A DNA stretch of 64,000 bases from Piromyces finnis finn. Taxonomy: Eukaryota > Fungi > Neocallimastigomycota. The notes below the pieces were generated by a model, which saw nothing but the letters and a program-made list of their open reading frames with translations, was not told the DNA's origin and did not search any database. This document shows positions 41,517 through 53,421 of this stretch, in pieces. A program made the position numbers and the translations under genes. The DNA lies in NCBI GenBank assembly GCA_002104945.1, contig MCFH01000090.1, forward strand, positions 61,837-125,836, written 5' to 3'. How positions within the stretch are numbered: position 1 is the first letter of the stretch; each line of letters starts with the position of its first letter.

Positions 41517-42718
41517 ATGTTTGTCATTGGATTAACTGGAGGTATTTGTTCTGGAAAATCAACTGTTGCCAAATTATTACATGAAAGAGTAATTATAACA
41601 TAATATTAATACAATTTTAATATATTCAATAAAAATATGAAATATATTGTAATAGGTTTTATTTAAAATGAAAAAGTGGAAATTGTTTAATAATGATTGA
41701 ATTATTTTATATATTTATATCCATTGCCTATATATTTGTAAATTATTCTAAAAATTGAAATAATTAAAATAATTTACAAAATAGTTAGGTATAAAATATA
41801 TAGATGCTGACAGAAAAGCACACGAAGTTTACAAACAAGGAACCCCAACCTATTACGAAGTAAATATTAAAAACAATAATAACAAAAAGTAATAAAAAGA
41901 AATTTTGAAATTAACCCTCATTAATACTTTATATAATAAAAAGTTAATAAAGGTTTTCGGTGTCGATATTATAAATCCAGAAACTAAAGAAATAGAAAGA
42001 AATGCTCTCGGAAAAGTAATATTTTCTTCAAAGGAAAAGGTAATAAAAAGTAAAAAATTAATTGGCCTAATAAATTTTTTTTTCAATGATTAAAAGTTAC
42101 TTACATTACCCTTAAATTACACTATTGTATATGACAGAGAGTAGAATTAAATAATATTGTATGGCCAGCAACAAAAGAAATTGTTAGAAAGGAAATTGAG
42201 GAACATTCAAAAGATAATGTATTAATTGTTTTAGAAGCTGCATTGTTAATTGAAGCTGGTTGGGATGATTTATGTGGTAAATATAAATTATTATATAGAT
42301 AGAATAATAGAAAATCAATATCGAATATATATAAATATAATAATAATAATAATATATTGATTGCTTCAATCGTTCAATAACTAATATCAATATCAAATGT
42401 TCAATAACTATTTCCTAATCCTTTACATTGTTTGATCCTATTTAATGAATCCTGAATCTGTGTATTTTTAATTAAAAAATAAAAGATGAAATTTGGGTTA
42501 CCGAAACCGATAAAGATATAGCAATTATGCGTTTAATGAAACGTAATCAATTAACTAAGGAAGAAGCCATAAAAAGAATGAATTCACAGCTCTCCAATGA
42601 AGAAAGAAATAAACATGCAAAAATTATTATAAGAAATGATTGTAACGATATCAATGCTTTATGGTACCAAGTAAAGAAATCAATACACTTTTCTCAAAAG
42701 AAAAGTGCTCTTCTTTAA
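41517..42718 (+). CDS. coaE: Dephospho-CoA kinase, stand-alone, ~204 aa
   Basis: Exons 41517-41588, 41785-41859, 41944-42039, 42138-42276, 42486-42718 (615 nt, in frame). P-loop VIGLTGGICSGKST, YIDAD, LNNIVWP, LEAALLIEAGW, RLMKRNQLTKEEAIKRMNSQ. Confidence 0.94.
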
Positions 42719-44502
42719 TGCCAGGAAAGAAAAAAAAAAGTAGATGTCTTTATAAAAGCAACATGAAAATATATATAATTTATTAACCCTTTATAACACC
42801 AAAATAATCCCAATCAATAACTAAATCACTATTAATTAAAAAAAAAAGATAATAATAAAAATAATAAAATGAATACCTAAATATATATAGATTTATTTTT
42901 ATTATTAAAAAAAAACACAACAAATTATACATTTAAAAGTTAAAATATCGAACATTATTATAATTTGTTTTTATTAGAAAAGTAAACATATAAATAATCA
43001 TTTTTGAGTTTATATTACATATATATATATAACAAAAAAAAATTTATATGTTATTACCAATATACTATTAATACTATTATTACATTAATTTATTTGTTAT
43101 GCTTTTATTGTTAATCTATTATTAATTATTTTATTTTCACCTTTTTTTTTTTTTTTTGTTAAAAAAATACCAATCTATAACTATTATTGTAAATCATATT
43201 ACTATTATAATATACATGAAGCATCACTGAAAAAATAAAGAATAAAAAAAAAAATAAATAAATAATAGTTATAATAAGTCTTTTATTTTTTAGACTTTTT
43301 TTCAACGTAAAGTTTTTTTTTTTTTTTTAAATAAAATTAACAAAATATATATATATTTTGTGTAACCTGTTTTCTATTTTAAATGAGGGAACAAAAAAAA
43401 AAAAGGTATAAAATCCTAGATATTATTTTTATAATCCTCTCTTGGATGATAAGACTATCTTTTTTATATATGACTATTATTATAAATATTATTTTTATTA
43501 TTATAATGATTCATTAATATAATGTTTTCTTTAGTTATGGTGACATTATTCTAAAGTGCTTTATAACTTTTTTTTTTAGTTAAAAAAGAAAACAATAGCT
43601 TTATTATGATGATAATAAATACTTTTATTTTTATTAAAACTAATAAATTTTAAAGGTATTTTATTGGCTAAAAAAAGTTCAAAATCATCAAATTTTAAAG
43701 ATTAAAAATATTAAACACTATATATATATAAAAGATAAAAAAAAAAAAAAAAAGAATGTATAATAATATTTTGAAATAAAAAGAAAGTTTTAATTATTTT
43801 GTTTTACATAAAAAAAAGAAAAAGAAAGAAAGAAAAGGAAAAGATAATTACTAAAGAAAACATCAATTTATTTAAATTAATATAATTTTGTGTTTTTATA
43901 TTAAAATCTTTTTAAAAAAAATAATGGATTAAGTATAAAAAAAAATATACTAAAACTCTATAAAATATTTTCCTCAATTTCTTAAAGTTATCACTTCCCT
44001 CAAAAATAAAAATAATAAAGGAAAAAGAAAGGAAATTTTATTCAAAATATTATCTATCGTTATAATTTATAATTAAACAATATATATATACCAATAATTT
44101 CATTTATTTCAATTATCTTGTTTTTTTTTTATTATTATTATTATTAGTATTAGTATTGTTATTACTTTAGTTTAAATACTAATCAATAAATTAATAAAAT
44201 ATAAAATCGACATATATAATAAAAAGTTTTACATTTCTACATTTAGCACGTTTTATATCAAATTATATATATTCATTATTTACCACATTTCAGAATCTGA
44301 TTTCAAAATTTGAATCTTACATTAAAAAAAAATATTTGCCCATTTTTTAAATTCATTCGATAAAATTTATCAAAGTCTATACTATTTACAAAATATAAAA
44401 TATTTAAATAATAAATCAGTTTATTTTTTTTCTAATAGTACAACTCAAAACAAATTAAAATTTTCTCTATCTATCTATGTAAAGTAAAAAAAAAAAAAAA
44501 AA

Positions 44503-45832
44503 ATGTCATCACAATTTTCACTAGAATATTTACAGCATTTATCCCAAAGTCAACAATCTTCTCAAAATCTATTTAGAAAAAAACCTGTATGTCCAAAATG
44601 TAAAACAACAAAATTTAAAAAGAATCTTCAAGGTCATTTAGTTTGTATTCATGGTCACGAACTTCCAGTAAGTATTATCTTTAGGGTTTTTTTAAAGATG
44701 TACTTTTTATTTTTATACCTATTAAAAATCTTTTTTTTTTTTTCATCAATTACTATCTTTTTCATATATGCAATAGAATTATAGAACAGAAGTAGCAGAA
44801 GAATTTGATCCCACATATTCAAACGTAACTATTAGAAAGAAAAATGGAAAAAAGAAAAAAGAAATAAAGGCATCTCTAATAGGTATGATATACAATATTT
44901 AATAATAAATTAAAAAAACAGTATTAATTTGATTTAGCATAGTTTTAAACTATTTAATTAACAATACTATTAAATATATATATATATATATTATATACTT
45001 GTTTGTTTAAGATGAAATTGGGGAAAACAGGAAAATGTTAGTATTTGAAGCATTTCAATTTATACTGAAAAAACAAATTGAAATTTTACAAATTGAAATG
45101 AATTTTCCGGAAGAATTATCGGTAAATATATATCTCTATACCTATATCCATATATTGTTATTATTTTATGGATTTTGTAAATTCCTATAATAAAAATGAA
45201 TAATTAATTTACAACTATGTAAATAATAATTTATGCATATATGTTATATACATAATATATATATATTACTTTTTTTTTTTATTTTTATTAAAATAAAAAG
45301 AATATTGTAAAAGATATATGGATAATGTATGTTACTGCTACAAAAACTTATTATATTCGCAAAGAAGTAAAAGAAAAAAATAAAAAAAATGAAGAAGATG
45401 AAGAAATTAATCGAATTTTAAAAGAAGCTGGAGTTTCTGATTCAGATACAGAATCTGATTCTGGTTCAGACGTTCATTCAAATTCTGGTTCAGACATAGA
45501 TTCATCAGACCAAAGTACGAATATTAATAGTAGTTCAGATGAAACTGTAATTGAAAGTGAAAATGACGAAGAAAATTCAAATTCTACCGCAAAACGTATA
45601 AAAGAATCTCACCATTCCCATCCAAAAAAAAGAAAATCAAAGAAACATAAAGCAAAATCTAAAGAAACGATGATTGAAGAAATTCATCAGCACATAACTA
45701 TGCCACCCCTTCATGATTCCCTTATTAAACTTTCCGTAATCTTTATTTATATGGGATGTTTATGGCTTAGATTACCTGTAACCATTAGTGACTTTCATAC
45801 GTAAGTCTTTAAAAAAACATTTATTAAAGGGG

Positions 45833-45894
<62 letters not shown>

Positions 45895-48431
45895 AATGTA
45901 TATGTATAGTATGTATATTATATATATATGATACATATTCCATTTATTATATTTATTGTTAGCATTATTTTTATTGTAATTATTATATTTGAATACACAT
46001 CTAATTAATGTATACGTATATTATATATTTCATTTATTATTATTTAATATAGATGGATCTCTAATGAGGATATACCCTTTCTTTCGGCCATTTATTGCAT
46101 TCCATATAAAATCAAACAATTATTAAAAAAGAGAGAAATTTATCTTCTTACCCCAAAAGTAAATATGCATTAACTAAACTCACTTGACAAATTAAATAGT
46201 TTGATATTTTCATAATTATAAAAATAAAATATTTTAACTTATATTTTATTCCATCATTAAATAGACCATACCAACTTGTGCATGGTTAAATTCACGTACC
46301 GCTTATATTATTCATTATTATGAAAAAACATTCAAATTTTCTTTTCCACCAATAAATTACCCAGTAATTGCATGTCGTATGTTAAGTTTACTTTCTTTAC
46401 CAGGTAATAATAATATGAATAAAGATGAAGAACGGTGTTGTTATTATTGTTAATCCCATTTTTAACGTTTTTTTTTTTTATGCCTATTAACCAAATTTAA
46501 TAATCAATGTATTGTTATCCTAGCTGAAGCCTATCTTTGTTTCACCAGACTTGTACAACTTACAAAATTAAATTTTGCTTATAATAACATTCATGATTAT
46601 CCACAAATTAATCTTGTTGCTTTAATTGTTATTGTTGTAAAGTTAATATATGGTCTAGATAATGAACCAAGGTATGTATAAAAAAAAGATTATTTCTTTC
46701 ATCTTAACGTAATTTAAGGCGTACTAATATAACTATAAATTTATATACCTATTAATTTAAATAATTATAATTTAAAAAAAAAAAAAAAAAAAAAAAGAAT
46801 TTCAGACGAATTTTGTAAAAACTTTTATCCCTTAGATCGATGGATGGATTGTTTGTTACAAAGAAGAAAGGAATATGATAATCATGGATTACCATTATAT
46901 GAAAAGTAAATATTGTTTTTTTTTAAAAAAAAAAAAAGGTTCCTTTTAAAAAAAAAAAAAAAGTTTATTAACTCTATATAATTTATTATTACAGTGATTA
47001 TTTAAATTTTATTACTAATAATATGGAAAAGTTTGTTGAATATTGTCAAAAGACATTCATTGATCGACATGATGCTAATAATTACAGTCAAAAGAGTAAG
47101 CCAAAATCTATATTTATTTATATATATACATTCATATTCTTTTAAGCATTTTTTTTTTTTTTTTCAAATTTTTAACTCTATATTCATTTTTATTTTTATT
47201 AACATGAATAGATTATAAAATATTTAAGGATATCGTAAAATTTATAAAAAAAGAAAATAGTAAAAAGGAACATCATAATCCTTCCAAAAAGGAAACAAAT
47301 ACAGAAGAAGATGCAAAGAAAGAAATGTTAACTTTTAATTTAGAAAGTTCAGTAGAATCCGACCAAAGGATCACTAAAATTATTAGTGGGTTTAAAACAT
47401 TACCAGAAATGAAACGTAAAAACTCAAAAAATAGTAAAAGCAAAAAACATGATGATGACAAGGATAATGATGAAAAGGATGAAAGGAGTGATGAAGATGT
47501 GAAATCTTTAGATACCATAGCAGCATCCATATCCGCTATTATGAATTCCTCTCAACCAAAGAAAAAATATAATAAAAATAGGAAGGTGAAGAAGGAAGGA
47601 AGTGACGTAACCGATATTCCTTCCAACAAACCTTGTAAAAGAAAATACCCAGGTGATCATTATGTTACCTATCGTTCTTATGATCAAGGAGGTGAATATC
47701 ATACCTATTATGCCATTCTTCTTCAATATTGTCAAGATGTTCTTCTTCGCCTTCACAACGACCGACTTCAACACAAAATTAGTGCTCTAGAAAATGTTCT
47801 TAAAAAACATGAATTATGGCTTGAAGAATATTTCAAACAAGATAAATTTATAAATGAAAAAGATCAAAACACCGTGTCATCATCACGCCCACCTAAATCA
47901 ATAAATTCTACTAAAAATGAAGCTCCGGAAGATATCTATGAAGATATTTTATCCATGACAGCCATCAATAATAATGGTAATAAAAATAATAGTGGTGATG
48001 GTGAAGACGATGATAATGATGGCGATAATAAGGATAATAATAATGGTGAGGATGGTGATAGTAATAATGGGGATGATGATGCTAAGAAAGAAGACATAGA
48101 AACAGTAGAGGACCAAAATCAAGAAACACAAAGTCTTGAAGAAGAAGAAAAAGAAGTCATTGAAGATAGTGAAACCGATTCAGAACTTGACAATATTGAA
48201 AAAGAAGTCATTTCATTAAAAAGTGCAACTACCAAGTTAAACAATTCTCGTGAAACAGTTTCAAAGGATGAAATAAAGGAAGTGGTGAAACCAACAGAAG
48301 AAAAGGAAGACAAAGCTATTGATGAAAAAAATGACCATACCAATGATGATGTAAAGACCTATGAAGAAGATTTAATTGAAGTATTGATGCAGTATGAAGA
48401 GAAAGATGAAATTGAATATCCCTATTATTAA
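44503..48431 (+). CDS. RRN7: RNA polymerase I initiation factor Rrn7/TAF1B, ~900 aa
   Basis: Ten exons: 44503-44667, 44777-44882, 45012-45121, 45301-45800, 46053-46158, 46265-46403, 46524-46671, 46798-46905, 46995-47095, 47212-48431 (2703 nt, in frame). N-terminal Zn ribbon CPKC..GHLVCIHGH. Cyclin-fold motifs EAFQFILKKQ, IYMGCLWLRLPVTISDFHTWISNEDIPF and VKLIYGLD. Acidic tail. Confidence 0.85.
45838..45893. repeat. (ATT)n microsatellite in RRN7 intron
   Basis: Pure ATT run read directly. Confidence 0.9.
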
Positions 48432-50422
48432 AAAATATCACATTAAAGTTTTAATAATAATAATAATAATAATAATAAAATAGATCTATATAAACTTACA
48501 TTTATTTTTTTTTTTATTTTTTTTATTTAGTAATCATTAGAAATCATAATTACCACACACAAAAAAAAAAAAGTCTAGATATTATTTATTTTTATTTTAT
48601 TTAGTTATTTTATTTATTTAGAAATAGAGAAAAAATTCTTTTTCATATATATATTACTATTATTTTGATTATTATTTTTTGTTTCAAAGAATAGAACTAA
48701 AAAAAAAAAAAAAAAAAAAAATTTTTTTTTATTTTAATTTTCAAAAAATTCCTAATGGAATATCCTCATTCTATAAATCAAATTTCATTATTTTTTAAAT
48801 AAGAATTTAATCTTTTTTTTTTTTCTACAACTATTCTTAATAAAAATATATCTATATCTATATATATCTATAGGTATTGGTTTTTTTAAAAAAAAAAAAA
48901 ACCGTAGAATTATAAATGAAATAAAAAAAAATATAAAATATATAAATACCTTATTTTTTACATTATAAAATAAAAAAAAACTACCAATTAAAAAATAATA
49001 ATAATAATAAATAAATAAATAAAAAAAGTTAATCTAATATATATAGGGTTATGAAATGCAGATATTCATTTAAGAGTATAAAGGAAATATTATTCATAAA
49101 TTTTATATCCAATTTAAACCTTATTTAAAATTAAAAAATAATAATAATAAAATATATTTTCTACCTTAAACTAATATATAGTATAAATGTTTTTTTTTTT
49201 TTCTAACGACTAGATTATTGCTAGATTCTACTTTATTTTTTTAAAATAACAATAGAAATTACTAATAATGTCACTGTTTTATATTAAAAATAAAACACAC
49301 AAATACATTATTTAATTTTCATATGAAAAGGTATGAAAAATTTTTTTTTTAAATTGTTTCAAATTTTATTTTTAGCATGTGAATTTTTTTTTAATCTATT
49401 AAATTATTTTTTTGAATATACAGAAAAATTTTGATCCTTTTTTTTTATATTCTTATTATTATTAATTAAAGGAGGAATAAATACCCATCTTATATAAAAA
49501 AAATATTAATAGGTTACTTTATATATTTTATTAAAAAGGATTATTATCATATTATTTATTGATCCATTCATTCATTTACTATAATATTTTATTCCTATTT
49601 AAATTTTTATAGTTATTGGTGTTCATCATCAAATGCAATATAGTATATACCTGTATATTTATCTATTTGTTTATCCTTTTTTTATTATTATTATTATTAT
49701 CAAAATAGTAATAATGTAAATTTTTAAAAAGTTGAATGTGTAATTCGTAATTCTATTATTATTAATAAACATACTCTTTTTTTTTTTTTTTTTTGAAATA
49801 ACATGTAGGATGATATTTAACAACACACCTTAAAAGCAAAGAGATACAAATGATGTAAAAAGTCAAGGTAATTTAAAGGAATATTTTATTTGATTAGTAT
49901 GTAAGAAAATAAATGATTCATTACATGAATGCATGAAAATAAACCAATGTCCTTATAATAAAATTAAAAACTTTTCTTTTCATCCTTTAAAAATTATTAA
50001 ATAATTTTTTTTTGTTGGTTTATTTTTAATTTTATTCTTGATTAAAAATCTCGTGAAATTAAATTTCTTTTTTTTTTTTTTTTTAATCTGAATATTTTTC
50101 TTTTATCAATCATTATTACTCTCATTTTATATTTAAACCTCTTTAATATTTGATATTATTAAATAGAACAAAAAAAAAAGTAATACTATGATTATTCATT
50201 CATCAACAATGTAAAAATTAAATTCTCAAAACACTACTGCTACTATTTTTTTTTTTTTTTGTATTTCATCTAGACATTCATTTCTCTCTTTTTTTTTTTT
50301 TTTAATAAAATAATATTCTATTTATTTCCAATAGTTTAATATATTATATTAAATACTAAATGGAATATTTTAATTTTATTTTATTTTACTAATTTTTATA
50401 AATGAAATTTTAAATACAATTT

Positions 50423-50544
50423 ATCTATTTATTCATTTATTTAGTTATCTATTTATTCATTTATTTATTTAGTTATTTAGTTATTTATTTAGTTATCTAT
50501 TTATTCATTTATTTATTTAGTTATTTAGTTATTTAGTTATTTAG

Positions 50545-50591
<47 letters not shown>

Positions 50592-50592
50592 T
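50423..50592. repeat. Compound microsatellite/minisatellite (ttagttatctatttattcatttat units grading into ttag/ttat and (TTTA)n)
   Basis: Three ttatctatttattcattta blocks, then ttatttag units, then a (TTTA)n run. Confidence 0.85.
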
Positions 50593-51921
50593 ATTTTTAA
50601 AATATCTTATGATAATAAAATGAACTATTTTTTATCCAGAATAAAATATATTAAATATAAATTAATTAACATATGAAATAAGTTTTAATAATTATCTTTT
50701 TAAAGGATGTTTCATTTTTAGCATCCCCTTGTTTTGACTGTAATTTAATATTCAGTAATTATACCTTTTTTTTGGCCTACTAAAAAGTTGAGTCATCTTT
50801 ATGAGGAGAGTAGTAAGGATGATGACTTTATAAACTTTATAAGATATATTCATATTATTCATATATATAAATTATCAGAGTAGTTTAAAATATCTTTTTT
50901 TAAAAAAAATAGTTGACATTTCAATTTAGAATTTTTTATTGAATTGTAATATATTCTATTTTATTTTTACAATTTAAATTAATATATTATTTAATATATA
51001 TTATATAGTATATTAAAAAGAATTTGCTTTGGTTCAAGTAAAAAATTTGTTTTCATATGAAAATTTTAAAATTTTTATTTTTAGTTAATAAATAAAATTT
51101 AAAAGTATAATTCAATTCAATTTTTAAAATTAAATATATTGTTAAGTATATTATAATATATTGGTTAAATAATCTAGATAATAAATTAGTTTAAATTAGC
51201 ATTTCATTTTGAAAATAAAGCAAATTTTCAATCGTGTAAAAATAATTATCTTTATATAAATTATAATTAAATTTTGTATTTTAGCCTATAATAAAATATT
51301 ATTAGCTGATGTATCGTGGATATAAAATTTAATTATAAAAAAAAGTTCCTAATGTATAGCATGATTTGTCGTAAAATTTTATATATAAAGGACGAATATC
51401 TTTTTTTTTTTTTTTACTTTTCTTTTTTTAATTTTGAAAATAATATTATAATTAATTAAAAATAATAATAATAATAATAGTACGAATAATACGATTAAAA
51501 AGTATTATTGTATAAAAATAATAAGAAAGTAATAGGAAAAAGTAAATTAAAGAAAATAAAATATTAAACAAAACTAGAAAAATTAGTATAAACATACGCA
51601 AAAAAAATAAACATAATAAGAAAATTATAAATACGCAAATATACTATTATTATTTATATTTTTGAAATAACAAATAATAATAATTCTTAATATTTTACAT
51701 TATTACAATAACGCACTTTACAAAAAAAAAAGGTAAAAAATATATACATTTTTTTTTTAAGTTTTAATAAAAAGTGCTATTAAAAATAATAATTAATTAA
51801 TATGTATTATTGTATTGTATTTTATTATATAACAATATAAATAGAAACTTTATATATATATATAAACCTACGCATTAACAAAAAAATAATAATTTAAAAA
51901 AAAAAAAAAAAAACAGGAAAA

Positions 51922-53421
51922 ATGGGCTTAATTGAAACTATAGAAAATTTTAAAATGAGCAAGAAGTTTAAATATATCTTCTTTGGTATGCTCTGTGTTT
52001 TATTTCCATTAGTTATTACCATTTATGGTATTGTATACTTTGGAGGTTTATGGGATCCATTAGGTAAATTAAAGAATCTCAAGGTTACTATTGTCAATAA
52101 GGATGTTGGTTGTCCACCAGATACAAATCTTTTATGTTTAATACTTTCATCTCAATTACCACCAACTATGCCAATTCAAGCCATTAAAATTGGTGACACT
52201 ATTGTTGAAAGTATTAAGCAAAATGACCAAGCCAAGGATATATTTAATTGGCAATTTGAAGATTTAACCTACGAACAATCAAAACAAACTGTTGAAGATT
52301 ACGATCGTTGGGGTGTAATTTACATTCCAGAAGATTTCACCCAAAATATTCTTTCCCAAATTGATAAATCTGGAATGTCCAATGTCACTGCTATTATCAC
52401 TCCAATTCTTCAAGCCACTGGTATGACCCAAGTTGATTTAATTAAAAAATACGGTCCAAATGCTCTTGCTTCATTAGCTGAATCTACTCAAGCTTCTATT
52501 GATTATATTTACGATACCGCTCGTAGTTACACTTCTGTTACTTTTGTTACTACTGTTTTCGAAACAATTGATAAAACTTTAAAAAAGGGTGTTTCTCTTA
52601 ATTTATATCAAAAAGTTGTTGCCACTGGATTAGCTAAATTCAATAACAAGTTCTACTTAAATGCTTACGATTCCAACTACGTTGATATTCATCCATTGAA
52701 TAACTTTGGTCAAAACTTTGCATCCTTTATGTTATTCCTTATCATCTATATTTCTGCTATTGCTACTAATTTAGTTTACAGAAAATACCGTCCATTCAAC
52801 AATTATATTCAAACCAAAAAAACTAATGGTTCTATCATTACTTCAGCATTTGCAAAAATTGGTATTAACATGATTTATATGTTGGTTGTTTGTGCCTTTA
52901 TGATGTTAGTTATGTTTATGTTTGGAAAAGCTCAACATGAAAAGAATACCTTCTGTATCTATTTAATATTTGTTTTATGGGCTTTTATTAGTTTAACCTT
53001 CTGTCATATCATTTCAAACCTTTTACCACTTTTACCATTCCTTGGTATTTGTGTTATTTTCCTTGTTGTTCAATTAGCTACTTGTGGTGGTATTATTGCT
53101 AACCAATTACAACCAGGTTTCTGGAATGTTGGTAAGGCTTTCCCAATGTATTATGCTACTGCTGAAATGAAATATCTTCTCTTTGGTACTGGTGGTAGAT
53201 TCAATGGAAGAAATATTCTTGCTTTACTTCTTTGGGCTGTTGGATTAGCCGTTGTTGATCTTTTAACTTGTATATTCCAATTAAGAAATATTAGAAAGGC
53301 TGCTCCATCTGAAACAACTGATCTTGAAAAACAAAATACTATTGAAACTCAACAGCAAAATGCAAGAGTTACCCAACAAGATATCGAAGATAATGAAAAC
53401 GATATCACAAATATGAAATAA
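51922..53421 (+). CDS. YhgE/Pip-like (DUF3533/Sng1-like, ABC-2 permease-type) membrane protein, 499 aa, intronless
   Basis: One N-terminal TM, then YFGGLWDPLGKLKNLKVTIVNKDVG (YhgE/Pip N-terminal motif), a large soluble loop, HPLNNFGQNFASF, and five C-terminal TMs with GFW..GKAFPMYY..E...LLFG. Confidence 0.75.
   Translation: MGLIETIENFKMSKKFKYIFFGMLCVLFPLVITIYGIVYFGGLWDPLGKLKNLKVTIVNKDVGCPPDTNLLCLILSSQLPPTMPIQAIKIGDTIVESIKQNDQAKDIFNWQFEDLTYEQSKQTVEDYDRWGVIYIPEDFTQNILSQIDKSGMSNVTAIITPILQATGMTQVDLIKKYGPNALASLAESTQASIDYIYDTARSYTSVTFVTTVFETIDKTLKKGVSLNLYQKVVATGLAKFNNKFYLNAYDSNYVDIHPLNNFGQNFASFMLFLIIYISAIATNLVYRKYRPFNNYIQTKKTNGSIITSAFAKIGINMIYMLVVCAFMMLVMFMFGKAQHEKNTFCIYLIFVLWAFISLTFCHIISNLLPLLPFLGICVIFLVVQLATCGGIIANQLQPGFWNVGKAFPMYYATAEMKYLLFGTGGRFNGRNILALLLWAVGLAVVDLLTCIFQLRNIRKAAPSETTDLEKQNTIETQQQNARVTQQDIEDNENDITNMK

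Noticed and set aside
6590-47774. Antisense or alternative-frame ORFs inside the zinc-finger, NEDD1, symporter, RasGEF, PH-protein, PEX13 and RRN7 genes
   Set aside because: They lie within well-supported CDSs on the other frame or strand and have no motifs of their own.
50775-50835. agtcatc/gatgact hairpin with an ATGATGA C-box-like motif as a snoRNA
   Set aside because: No downstream CTGA D box or terminal stem at a plausible distance.
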